Positions 13,340 to 24,815 of a stretch of 64,000 bases of DNA are shown piece by piece (position 1 is the first letter of the stretch; each line of letters opens with the position of its first letter). Under the pieces are notes generated by a model, which saw only the letters and a list, made by a program, of their open reading frames with translations, did not search any database and had not been told where the DNA came from. The stretch comes from Eledone cirrhosa (Eukaryota): contig OZ024742.1 of NCBI GenBank assembly GCA_964016885.1, positions 338,520,001 to 338,584,000 of the forward strand, given 5' to 3'. Position numbers and translations under genes: made by a program.

Positions 13340-13632
13340 TATCAACACACACCTCCCTAGCCCCACTGCACACTGTAAAGTGGTCGTTTCTGGTTTTATG
13401 ACAAAAGTGCCCAGTCCACACTGTAAAGTAGTCATGTAGGTGTCATGATAAAAAGCACCCAGTCCACTCTGAAAATGTGGCCGGTGTTAGGAAAGGCATC
13501 CAGCTGTAGAAACCAAGCCAGAATCAGTCCACTGTGAGCAAGATATGGTCATCTAACCTGGCTTGGCTCACATCTGGACAACTCGTTTAACCCATGCTAG
13601 CATGGAATAATGGACGTTAAACGATTATGATG
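13340..13632 (+). mobile_element. RTE 3'UTR/tail fragment
   Basis: 'ggtgttaggaaaggcatccagctgtagaaacc...aacccatgctagcatggaa...gacgttaaacgattatgatga' matches the RTE 3' ends. Similar tails occur at ~1-65, 20530-20655, 21885-22370, 32750-32800, 44340-44458 and 51372-51437. Confidence 0.75.
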
Positions 13633-14029
13633 AATTACTTTTGTAGCTGAGAGAGAGAGCGAGGGAGAAGCAGCAGGGCGCCTACATGAGGACACCCATT
13701 CACATTTGCATGTGCAGGAAGGTAGGGGTTGGGTGGGTCTACAATATAACTAGCCTTGCTCGGGGAATAGTATAAGTTTGTCTATATTAAATGTAGAGGC
13801 AAAGGTAGGAGGGAGTGGTTAAAAATGTGTGTGTGTGTGGGGGGGGGGGGGTAATTTCAGCTACATAGTTCTAGAACATTCTATTTGGAAGTGCGTGAGA
13901 AATATAATTGGGACATAGAAGAGCATAAAAGAATTAGAGAGAAACTATACCAAAAGAAGGTAAACAACAGACAAAACAAAAACATATCAATAAATATACA
14001 GAGGAAAAACTGAAAACAAGCTGCCATGT

Positions 14030-15090
14030 TATCCCCAACCGGTGTGGGCACCGTTTGTGAGACAGGCTTTCCCACAGCTTGTCTCGCTGACGGAGCTGCA
14101 GTCCTGGGTGAAGAAAAGACCGAAAACGATGGGCGCCTGGCACATTGAATGCGCTCAGGCGCTCACAGTCCTCTGGCAAGCGGGCGCAGCAATCAGTGGA
14201 GACTCCACTTCGACATTCTATAGAGGGATTGTACGTTACAAGGGTGACGACGTGCTCGGAGAGACTCTGGGCGTCGAAGACGATGAGCTTACCAGTCAGT
14301 TTGGTAGGACTTTCCGCCTGGGACCTATGGACAACTTCCAGAGGTCCCTGGCCTGGCAGTGCTACCGAGGAGCTCTACCGGTTTGTGACAAGACCTACAG
14401 GCACGGACGCCCTGGCAGGGATCTTTCCAAGAGGACGTGTCCAAGATTCACGCAGGACATTGAAACAGGCCTGCACGCAATTGTACACTGCCCGGGCGTA
14501 ACCGACCTGTGGAACTATGCAGAACAACTGCTGTCGCGTATGGGACAAATCCAGTTGATTGCCGAGTCCATAGTAAAGATCAAACCGCCAGCCTCTTTCA
14601 AAAACGAAAGAGAGGCGGTTTTCGTCTGTACGGTGGCTATGGTGAAAGAAGTTATATGGTGGACGAGGTTGAGAGGACTGAGGACAGATGCCTTTCTCTC
14701 CGGACAACAATTGATTCCCTTCTTTAAGTATCACTTTAGAAGGAGAATCAGGGTGGAGAGAGAGGCACTGCACCCCAGTGAATTTACTGAAAGGTGGGTG
14801 AATGAAGCGAAAATGGCCCGAGTAATTGCGCCTTCTCTGTTTATAAGCCTGTAGGTTGAGGAAGAGAGCAAAAGGAAGAAAGGAGCACTTGCACAACACG
14901 CTCCTGGAGTTGAGGGTTGTTCTATCGACGGGGTATTAAACAACCCATTTGTGGCGCCTCCCCCCTATTGGGGATTTCGATTGTTGTAATTGTTTGTTTT
15001 TATATTTTTTACACGACTGCATGTAAAATCCCCAGCATGTCTTTGTATTGTCCCCTTTTCTTGTGCGCCCTTGTGGCTAATAAAGAAATA
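14030..15090 (+). mobile_element. 5'-truncated L1/Tx1-clade LINE: ORF2 C-terminus (zf-RVT) plus 3'UTR
   Basis: ORF 14042-14854 contains 'RSLAWQCYRGALPV...CPR....ET.LHAIVHCP...LW' (zf-RVT-like) and 'FTERW'. AATAAA lies at ~15079. Confidence 0.8.
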
Positions 15091-15233
15091 TATCTATATA
15101 TTTCCTATATCAGCCTTACTGTGTATATATATATATATTTCCTATATCAGCCTTACTGTGTATATATATATATTTCCTATATCAGCCATACTGTGTATAT
15201 ATATATATTTCCTATATCAGCCATACTGTGTAT

Positions 15234-16978
15234 CATCATCATCATCATCATCATCAACGTTTAACGTCCGTGTTCCACGCTTGCATGGGTTTGGACGGGG
15301 GTAGTCCCACTTGAGGCAAGAGTGATTGTCTTGCTCGCATAGGACTGTCTGGCAGGTTTTCTACAGTTGGATGCCCTTCCTAACACCAACCACATTTACA
15401 GTGTGGGGCTGGGAGGTTTTTACCGTGTTGCCTACACGGCCACATTACAGCGTGGACTGTGTGTTTTTTTATCGTGACACCTACACGATCTCATTTGTTT
15501 CGGCCTGGATGGTGTGGCACCAACACAACTTTACATAGAACGGGGTGGCGTGGATGGGGTGGGGGTGGTGGGACGGGGGGCGGGGGGGTGTATTTTGTTA
15601 GAGATGCCTACTGGCTGTAGTAGGTTTTACTATGTATTTAGGTAAGGCGGGTCTTCTCTGTTACTGAGTACCGCCAAAGGTCTCGGTCCAGTGACATTGT
15701 CTTGGAGAGGTGTAAGTGTGTGAGGTCGGAGTTTATCAGCTCGTCCCAGGTTTTTCTAGGTCTGCCTATTCCGTGGCTACCGTCTATCTTTATTGCCCTG
15801 CACTTTGTTATACAGCTATCGACTTTCATGCGCATCACGTGTCCATACCAACGTAGCCTTCTCTCGAGTAAACAACATCTGATCCCTCTTATTTCTAATT
15901 TTGTCCTTAGTTCGTTTATGCTTTGCCGTTCACGTATATTACTGTTACACATCCAGCGGAGCATGCAAGCTTCGTTCCTCTCTAGTCTGCGTATATCCTC
16001 TGCACACAATGCCCAGGTCTCACTGCCATGCAACATTGCTGTTCGTATGCAGGCATCGTACAACCTGCCTTTCATTTTTAGGGAGAACCCTTTAGCAGCT
16101 AATAGTGGTATAAGCTCTCTGAACTTTTTCCAACCAGTTCTGACTCTAGCTACTGTACTTTCAGAGCACCCTCCCCCACTGCTGATTTTATCACCCAGGT
16201 AACGGAAACTGTCCACTATTTCTATAGAACCCTCTGCGCAATTGAAAGAGCTAGTATTTTGTGGGCTCTTGCTGCTACTTATTGCACCAGAGCACCGGCC
16301 ACATGTAAAATCTATGTTCTTAGTTAGCTTACCTGTGATCCCACTACATCTTTTATGCACCCATACTTTGCATTTAGGACATAAAATGGAGTTTCTACCT
16401 ACGCCTTTCCTACACACCGAGCACGACCATTTCCCAGAAGGGACCGCCGCCTTATTTTCTTTCCTACAAACTAGAACTTTAGTCTTAGCCAGGTTAATTT
16501 TAAGGCCTTTTGATTCTAGGCCGTGCTTCCATGTTTGGAATTTCTTCTCTAGCTCGGCCATTGATTCCGCTATGAGTGTCAGGTCGTCTGCGTATAGGAG
16601 TTCCCATGGGCAGCCGGTCTTGAACTCCTCTGTTATAGCCTGAAGGGCAATAATAAATAGTAGGGGGCTGAGAACAGAGCCCTGATGGACGCCAACTTTT
16701 ACGCTAAACTCTTCACTATATTCGTTGTTAATTCTAACCTTGCTGACTGTTTCTTTATACATGGCTTGTATAGCTCTCACAAGCCATTCGTCAACGCCTA
16801 GTTTTCTAAGAGCCCACCAGATAATGGAGCGGGGGACTCTGTCGAAGGCTTTCTCCAAGTCGACAAAAGCTAAGTAGAGGGGTTTACCTTTAGCTAGGTA
16901 CTTCTCCTGTAGTTGCCGTACAATGAAAAGAGCGTCTGTGGTACTTTTGCCTGACACAAACCCGAACTGCATTTCATC
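15234..16978 (-). mobile_element. Young 5'-truncated RTE LINE with (GAT)n tail and TSD gtgtat
   Basis: Tail (cat)n starts at 15234. 'gtgtat' occurs at 15228-15233 and 16979-16984. Nearly identical to the 24816-27484 copy. Confidence 0.95.
15638..16972 (-). CDS. RTE ORF C-terminal part: reverse transcriptase with inserted PHD-like finger
   Basis: Open frame with QFGF, FVDLEKAFD, GVHQGSVLSP, YADD, a C4HC3 finger, FRYLG and RLRWYGHVMR. Confidence 0.9.
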   Translation of the reverse strand: MQFGFVSGKSTTDALFIVRQLQEKYLAKGKPLYLAFVDLEKAFDRVPRSIIWWALRKLGVDEWLVRAIQAMYKETVSKVRINNEYSEEFSVKVGVHQGSVLSPLLFIIALQAITEEFKTGCPWELLYADDLTLIAESMAELEKKFQTWKHGLESKGLKINLAKTKVLVCRKENKAAVPSGKWSCSVCRKGVGRNSILCPKCKVWVHKRCSGITGKLTKNIDFTCGRCSGAISSSKSPQNTSSFNCAEGSIEIVDSFRYLGDKISSGGGCSESTVARVRTGWKKFRELIPLLAAKGFSLKMKGRLYDACIRTAMLHGSETWALCAEDIRRLERNEACMLRWMCNSNIRERQSINELRTKLEIRGIRCCLLERRLRWYGHVMRMKVDSCITKCRAIKIDGSHGIGRPRKTWDELINSDLTHLHLSKTMSLDRDLWRYSVTEKTRLT

Positions 16979-17326
16979 GTGTATATATATATATATTTCC
17001 TATATCAGTCATACTATGTATATATTATCTACATATTTCCTATATCAGTCTTACTGTGTATATATTTCCTATATCAGTTATACTTTGTATATATTATATA
17101 TATATTTCCTATATCAGCCTTACTGTGTATATATATTATATATATATATTTCCTATATCAGCCTTACTGTGTATATATATATATATATTTCCTATATCAG
17201 CCTTACTGTGTATATATATATATATATATTTCCTATATCAGCCTTACTGTGTATATATATATATATATATTTCCTATATCAGCCTTACTGTGTATATATA
17301 TATATATATTTCCTATATCAGCCTTA

Positions 17327-17358
<32 letters not shown>

Positions 17359-18376
17359 TTCCTATATCAGCCTTACTGTGTATATATATATATATTTCCT
17401 ATATCAGCCTTACTGTGTATATATATATATATATTTCCTATATCAGCCTTACTGTGTATATATATATATATATATATATTTCCTATATCAGCCTTACTGT
17501 GTATATATATATATATATATATATTTCCTATATCAGTCATACTATGTATATATTATCTACATATTCCCTATATCGTTCTTACTGTGTATATATTTCCTAT
17601 ATCAGTCATACTTTGTATATATTATATATCTATTTCCTATATCAACCTTACTGTGTATATATATATATCTATTTCCTATATTAGCCTAACTGTGTATATA
17701 TTATATATATATATTCCCTATATCAGTCTTACTGTGTGTATATATATATATTCCCTATATCAGTCTTACTGTGTATATATTATCCATATATTTCCTATAT
17801 CAGTCATACTGTATATATATATATATATCCTATATCAGTCATACTGTATGTATATATATATATATCCTTTATCAGTTAAACTGTGTATATTTTTCCATGT
17901 CTGTAAAGCAAAACTTTCCACTCTAATGACATAATATATCAACTTTAAAATATCTCTAATATTTTATACATTCTTTATATATTTCAGATTATTTGATGAT
18001 ACTGAGATGAAATACTCATCACTATATAATGATATTACCAACAATATGGAAGATCTTGTTTATATAACTTCACTTCTATCATGGTGAAATATTTCTTTCA
18101 ATTGCAGTCTATTTCCAATATTGACTGTACACCTAAATCTTCTATATTATTTCTGTGATGACATAACTTTCAAATTTACTGAGACATTCTTGTCTTATAT
18201 AATGTCTTTCATAACTTCTTTTATTAACTTATTTATAAGTTCAAGACTAAAACTGTTTCCTTACAACTGAAACATCTTCAGAAAGTATAGCCTTGAAAAT
18301 ATTTAAAGAAATTCTTGAAAATTCCAGGAGAAAAGTATTTTTCTATTTTGTGAAGAATATATGATGATGATATGAA

Positions 18377-20155
18377 ATGATGGAGAAGAAACTCAGTGAG
18401 AGTCAGGTTCATAATGAAAGACGACAAGCTGATAATAAAGATCTCTCTCATCAAACAGGGAATGTATATATGTGTGATACCTGTGGGAAGTCTTTTAAAG
18501 TAAGAAGAAATTTAAGTCGACACAAATCTAGCCATGCAGATGTAAAACTCTATGAATGTGAAATTTGTAGCAAAAATTTCTCTACAAATGAAAATTTGTC
18601 TAAACACAAATGTACTCAAACAAGAGAAAGACTATACCGATGTGACGTTTGTGGTAAAATTTTCTCTCAAAATAGGGAACTATTGATTCATAAATGTAGT
18701 CACATAGGAGAAAAGCTATTCCAGTGTGAAATCTGTGGTAAAAAGTTCACGGTTAATAGTTCATTATCTGTACATAAACATATTCACACAGGTGAGAAAC
18801 CATACCAGTGTGATATCTGTGGTAAAACATTCTCTGTTAGTAGTTCGGTCTCAACACACAAACTTATTCACACAGGCAAGAAACCTTACCACTGTGATAC
18901 TTGTGGCAAAGGATTCTCTGTAAATAGTAGTTTATCTAAACACACACGTATGCACACAGGAGAGAAACCATACCACTGTGATATTTGTGGTATGTCATTC
19001 TCTCAAAGTTCTAATTTACTGGCCCATAAACGTATCCACACTGGGGAAAAACCATACCATTGTGATATTTGTGGTAAATCATTCTCTACTAATGAATATT
19101 TATCTAACCATAAATATATTCACACAGGAGAAAAACGATATCACTGTGATATCTGTGGTAAAGCATTCTCTCAAAGAGGTAATTTACTGTCACATAAGCC
19201 TATTCATTCAGGAGAGAAACCATACCACTGTCACACATGTGGTAAAAAGTTTTCTACATCTCAATATTTATCTAACCACAAACGTACCCACACAGGAGTG
19301 AAAAGCTGTTACTGTGATATTTGTGGTAAAGCATTCTCTCGGAATAGTCATTTATTTGAACATAAACGTATTCACACAGGTGAGAAACCATACCACTGTG
19401 ATATTTGTGGTAGATCTTTTACTATAAATGGTCATTTAACTAAACACAAACGTATTCATACAGGAGAGAAACCATACCACTGTGATGTCTGTGGTCAGAC
19501 TTTCAGTGATAGTTCTACTTTATTGACCCATAAACGTATTCATACAGGAGCTAAACCATATCATTGTGATATCTGTGGTAAAATTTTCTCTGCTAATGAT
19601 TCTTTATCCAAACACAAACGTATTCACACAGGAGAAAAACCATATCATTGTGATATCTGTGGCAAGGCATTCTCCGAAAGTAGTTCGGTGTCAACACATA
19701 AACGTATTCACACTGGAGAAAGACCACATCATTGTAATATTTGTGGTAAAACATTCACAGCAAGTAATTCTTTAGCTGCACATCAAACTATTCACACAGG
19801 AGAGAAGCCACACCATTGTGATATCTGTGGTAGAGCATTTTCTCGAAATTGTAATTTATTGAGACATAGACGTATTCACACAGGAGAGAAACCATATCAC
19901 TGTGATTTCTGTGACAAATCATTTTCTTCTAGAACTGATTTAAACACCCACATGCGCATTCACACTGGAGAGAAACCATACCACTGTGATATCTGTGGAA
20001 AATCATTCTCTCGGAGTGGTCATTTATTGACTCATAGACGTATCCACACAGGTGATAAACCATATCACTGTGATATTTGTAGTAAAGCCTTCTCTCAGCA
20101 AAGTCATTTATTGACCCACAAATGTTTACACAGGAGAGAAACTACATCCTTGTGA
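18377..20155 (+). CDS. C2H2 zinc-finger protein, 20 tandem fingers, single coding exon
   Basis: 592-aa ORF with 20 CxxC-x12-HxxxH units (finger 2 lacks the last His) and TGEKPY linkers. A splice acceptor 'tttatatatttcag' ends at 17987 upstream. Confidence 0.95.
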   Translation: MMEKKLSESQVHNERRQADNKDLSHQTGNVYMCDTCGKSFKVRRNLSRHKSSHADVKLYECEICSKNFSTNENLSKHKCTQTRERLYRCDVCGKIFSQNRELLIHKCSHIGEKLFQCEICGKKFTVNSSLSVHKHIHTGEKPYQCDICGKTFSVSSSVSTHKLIHTGKKPYHCDTCGKGFSVNSSLSKHTRMHTGEKPYHCDICGMSFSQSSNLLAHKRIHTGEKPYHCDICGKSFSTNEYLSNHKYIHTGEKRYHCDICGKAFSQRGNLLSHKPIHSGEKPYHCHTCGKKFSTSQYLSNHKRTHTGVKSCYCDICGKAFSRNSHLFEHKRIHTGEKPYHCDICGRSFTINGHLTKHKRIHTGEKPYHCDVCGQTFSDSSTLLTHKRIHTGAKPYHCDICGKIFSANDSLSKHKRIHTGEKPYHCDICGKAFSESSSVSTHKRIHTGERPHHCNICGKTFTASNSLAAHQTIHTGEKPHHCDICGRAFSRNCNLLRHRRIHTGEKPYHCDFCDKSFSSRTDLNTHMRIHTGEKPYHCDICGKSFSRSGHLLTHRRIHTGDKPYHCDICSKAFSQQSHLLTHKCLHRRETTSL

Positions 20156-22608
20156 TATTTATGATGCATTGTCATGATAATCAATTATCTATGCCGCAAA
20201 CATGGAAAAACAGACAAAAATGGTAATGATGATGTATCTAGTTTAGAATAGGAACACCATATCCCTGCATGTTGTAAGAAACTACTCTTCCGGCCACCTC
20301 TGTGTGCCAGCGCACTGCTCCTTGTCCTCTTTGTCTTTTCTGTGTTTCATCTGACTGTCACCCACCATGTGGTTTGTCTCTCTGTTGATCACTGGTTGCT
20401 GGTCTCTGTCCTCTGAGGCATTGCTGTCTTTGTCAGCTTTTAGATGTTTCAACAGCTGATTTAGCAATGAGTTTTCTCATTTTTATATGTATTCAAATAC
20501 AGTCTCGGTTGGGGACAACATTGTTTTTTTTCATTTAAAAGGATTAGTGTCAGGAAGGGTATCCAGCTGTGAAATTTTCCCTCAAAAAGTCCTGTCCAAC
20601 CCATGCCAGCATGGAAAAGTCAATGTAAAACCAATAATGATGATGATGATGATAAAGAGGATGCAACTCGTAACGTCCTTTAATGTTTTAATAGAAAATA
20701 TTTAACCTTTTTGTTTTAATATTTCTCTTGAAAAACAGCACTTTTAATTTTCAAATTATTTTGAAAATAAAAATTTGAAGTGATTTGGTGATATAACTAT
20801 TTTTTTTGTAATTAAGATGATATATTCGGAGGTAGAGCTGCTACTTCTCCGAATTGAGAGATCACAGCTCCGATACTATGGGCATGTGGTTAGAATGTTT
20901 CAGGAAAGAATCGCTGGACATCTTGCTTACATATAATCCAGTGCTCTACCAAGTGCATTTTATTGTGCCACTACTGGTGAGGTTATATCTTTGACACAGC
21001 TGAAGGGCCCTCCCAACCATTTGGCAGGTTTTTCTGTAGCTAGATGCCTTTCGTTACACCAACTACTTTATAATATGTACTAAGTTTGTTTATCATGTAG
21101 ATCAATACTAGAGAGGTATTAGTGCTGATAACACAACTGAAAAGTTCCCTTAAACCTTTTTGGCATGGTTTCTACAACAGGATGCCCTTCCTATTGCCAA
21201 CCACCATACATGGTGTACTGGATGAGTTGTCATGACACCAATATTAGAGAGTTTGTCAGACACTGTTTCAACTCAACTGAACAAGCCTCTGTGCTCTACA
21301 AGGCGTTGAGGAGAGGAAAGATAAGTATGATGACATGGGTGGTAGGATTTGATAAGGTGATGAGTTGAGGAAAGGAGTCACTTGGTGTAGAAGGGGTACC
21401 CACCTGTAGGGTGGTGGTGAGAACAGCTACTAAAACGTAATAGTAGTAGGGGTATGTACAAGTTTGAAGAGAATAGCTACAAATATTGGAGGGTACATAC
21501 ATGGATAGGGTGTACAGTGATTGTCATTTCCATTGTGAGATTCAACTTATGGTCAGTCTTTACTACTTCATACCAAATATTGCTGCCTCTTCCAAGCTAC
21601 AGAGATTTCTTAGCACTTCTTTTCACAGCTGTCATCTTTCATAGGCATAACATGTCTATACCAATGCAGTCTTCTATTTTGCATACTTCATCCAATTCCT
21701 CTTATGCCAAGTTTTTCTCTCAGCTCACTTATGCTATATTGTTTATTTACACTAAGGCTACGTGTCCATCAGAGGATACTTGCTTCATTTATGTCTATCC
21801 TTCGCAGTTTAGAAAATGTATTTACACTGATTTTTTGTTACTGTTGTGTAATATTGGAATTGTTTTCAATATTTTCCACTTTTCATTATCATCATCATCA
21901 TCATTTACCATCCATTTTCTGTGCTAGCAAGAGTTGGATGGGTTGTCACAGACAAAGTCAATACTTAATCAGAGCTACTGACCAATAAAATGAGCCAGGG
22001 GCCAGGCCACATCTCACATTCCTGCACTTTACAGCATATACTGGGTGCATTTTGTGGCACTAGCACAAGGAAGGTTGGTATGTCTTAGTCACAAATGTCC
22101 TCTCGAGCCTGTGTTTGGCAAGTTTTCTATGATGCCCTTCTTATCACCAACCACTTTACAGAGTGTACTGGGTGTATTTTTCAGGGCAACAGCATCAGAA
22201 TGATTGTCATGACTGAAGTGTTCTCTCAACCCTTTTTGGCATGGTTTCTGTGGTTGGATGTCCTTCCTAACACCAACCACTTTACACAGTGTACTGGGTG
22301 TGTTTCATCAAGGCATCAGCACTAGGGAGGTTGTTGGTCATTGACTCGACTGAAGAGTCCTCTCTACTGTATGGGTGGTGGGGTGGAGGAGGATATTTGA
22401 TGTAAAATGACAATAATAAAATAACCAGTTACAATTGCTACCACATGTGTCAATTTCTTTGATCTAAAAAAAAATTTGATCTGGAGGAAGGACTACATAT
22501 GGCTATTTCAACTTCTCCAAAACATGCACATATACATGTGCATGACATACATATATTTTTATGTACATGATACCCATAGATGTATACTTATATATACATA
22601 CATATGTA

Positions 22609-24285
22609 TCATCATCACCATTTTACGTCCATTCTTCTACGCTAGCATGGGTTAGACAGGTTGTCCTGTTGTGGGCAGTGCCAGGTCAGGTGACCTTGTC
22701 TTGCTCATACGGGAACTGATTTTGGCTGATTTCTACAGCTAGATGCCCTTCCTAACACCAACCTCATTTACAGTGAGTGCTGGGTGCTTTTTTACCGTGG
22801 CGCCTACACGACCACTTTACAGTGTGGGCTGGGTGTTTTTTTGTCGTGATACCTCCACGACCATTTTGCAGAGGGATGGGGTGGGGCATATTGTCTATAT
22901 GCTTCAGCTTTGGCTTGTGCCGTGGGAAGTCGGGTCTTCTGTATTACTGCGTGACGCCAGAGGTCACAGTCCTGTGTCATCGCCTTTGAGAGGTGCAATT
23001 GGGCAAGGTCTGCTTTTAAGACCTCATCCCACTCCAAGGCTTTCATTGACTTCTAGTGCTCTGCACCTTTTTATGCAGCTGTCATCCTTCATACGCATCA
23101 CATGTCCATACCGACGCAACCTTCTCTCCTGCACACAGCTTTTGATTCCTCTTAGGCTCAGTCTTTCTCTTAATTCATTTATACTTTACCGTTCATGTAT
23201 ATTACTATTACACATCCATTGGAGGATGCAGGCTTCGTTTCTTTCTAATCTACGCAATTCTTCTACACACAGTGCCCTGGTCTCACTACCATGTAACATT
23301 GCTGTTCATATGCACGCATCATACAGTCTGCCTTTCATTTTGAGGGAAAAGCCTTTTGCAGCTAGCAGTGGTAGTAGCTCCCTGAACTTCTTCCATCCCG
23401 TTCTTACTCTGGTTATTGTACTTTCTGAACACCCACCTCCGCTGCTAATTCGGTCACCTAGGTAGCAGACGCTGTCTACTGTTTTTACAGAGCCCTCTCA
23501 GAGTTAGGTAGTGCTTGTTTCCTGTGGCCGTTTGCTGCTTACTGTCCCGGTGCAGCTGCTACATGTAAAGCCTACATTCTTAACTAAGTTTCCTGAGATC
23601 CCACATCTCTTGTGTACCCATAGTTTGCATTTGGGGCAGAGGATGGAATTCCTACCTACACCTTTCCTATATACCGAGCAAGGCCATTTCCCTGAGGCGA
23701 TCTGGGTTCTGTTTTCTCGTCTACTTACAATGACCTTAGTCTTTGTCAGGTTGAATTTGGAATTTCTTCTTTAGTTCCGCCATAGATTCAGCTATAAGTG
23801 TAAGATCATCCACATACAGAAGTTCCCATGGGCATCCGGTCTTAAACTCCTCTGTTATAGCCTGCAATACTATAATAAACAGGAGAGGGCTAAGAACAGC
23901 CCTGGTGGACACTGACCTGTATGCTAAATTCTTCACTATAGTCATTGTTAACTCTAACTTTGCTGACTGCTCCCCTATACATGGCTTGTACAGCTTTCAC
24001 AAGCCATCTACTCCTAGTTTTCTAAGAGCCCACCAGATTATAGCACGGGGCACTCTGTCGAACGCTTTTTCCAGATCGATGAATGCCAAGTAGAGTGGCT
24101 TACTTTTAGCTAGGTACTTTTCCTGTAACTGCCTCACAAGGAAGAGAGCATCATTGGTGCCTTTTCCTGGCACGAACCCAAACTGCATCTCATCTAGTTT
24201 TACCCAGTCCCTAATCAGCTGTGCTATAACTCTTTCCATTACTTTCATGACCTGGTCCATCAGCTTTATACCTCTATATAGTTTC
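22609..24285 (-). mobile_element. RTE LINE, second subfamily, 5'-truncated and degenerate
   Basis: 'MDQVMKVMERVIAQLIRD..QFGFVPGKGT..FIDLEKAFD', LYVDD, the PHD region, and a (cat)n tail at ~22609. Confidence 0.9.
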
Positions 24286-24409
24286 CTTTATCTCCTTATG
24301 TATATATATTTATATAGTACAAGCAACCAAAATGGGGTTACCCCGAAGGGTCTTTAGTGTAACATTACTTGATAGAATGCGTAGCTCGAAGATCAGAGAG
24401 TCACTCTAG

Positions 24410-24503
24410 GTAGAGCCACTACTTCTCCAAATTGAGAGATCACAGCTCCGATACTATGGGCATGTGGTTAGAATGTCTCAGGAAAGAATTGCTAGATAGA
24501 TTT
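24410..24503 (+). mobile_element. Older RTE C-terminal fragment, continuing at 27483-27620
   Basis: 'LLLQIERSQLRYYGHVVRMSQER' continues as 'LWAKPNGRRPR...RARWLDNI' after the insertion. A homologous piece lies at ~20830-20915. Confidence 0.7.
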
Positions 24504-24815
24504 CAAGTAAATCACTTTCGCCAAATTCATCACTGTTCCTTCCACGGTATATCATGTAAAGTAATGTACATATTTTTCTATCATCTCCCACACTTCTATT
24601 TCGTATCCAGTCCAAACATCCAATCTTGACAAATCCTAAATCATTACCTTCTTCCTAAAACAAATCTATATTTTTTGTTATTACTTGTTAAATACGAGAG
24701 TTTTTGTCATATTGAACAGAACAAATCTTGTATTTTTGTTAAATTGCTTGTTAAATACGAGGACCTCATTCAATCATTACCGTCTAGCTAGCTATCCAAC
24801 ACCAATAATTAGCGA

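Larger units (their letters stand above)
15091..17890 (+). repeat. Minisatellite of atttcctatatcagccttactgtg + variable (TA)n, interrupted by an RTE at 15234-16978
   Basis: Dozens of near-identical ~24-bp cores separated by TA runs of variable length. Confidence 0.95.

Noticed and set aside
15091-17890. Repeat-spacer pattern resembling a CRISPR array
   Set aside because: The spacers are only variable (TA)n runs, the context is eukaryotic, and there are no cas genes.
16923-17934. Three long I/Y-rich ORFs (236-292 aa)
   Set aside because: They are translations of the TA-rich minisatellite, open in all three frames, not proteins.
22743-23465. 240-aa ORF and similar ORFs antisense to RTE copies (e.g. 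15702-16202, 26562-27050)
   Set aside because: They are antisense shadows of the RTE RT frame with no independent coding evidence.
24685-24815. N-terminus of the 804-aa ORF as a novel fusion domain
   Set aside because: It starts at TTG in non-RTE flanking sequence, so it is a chance in-frame extension of a truncated RTE.
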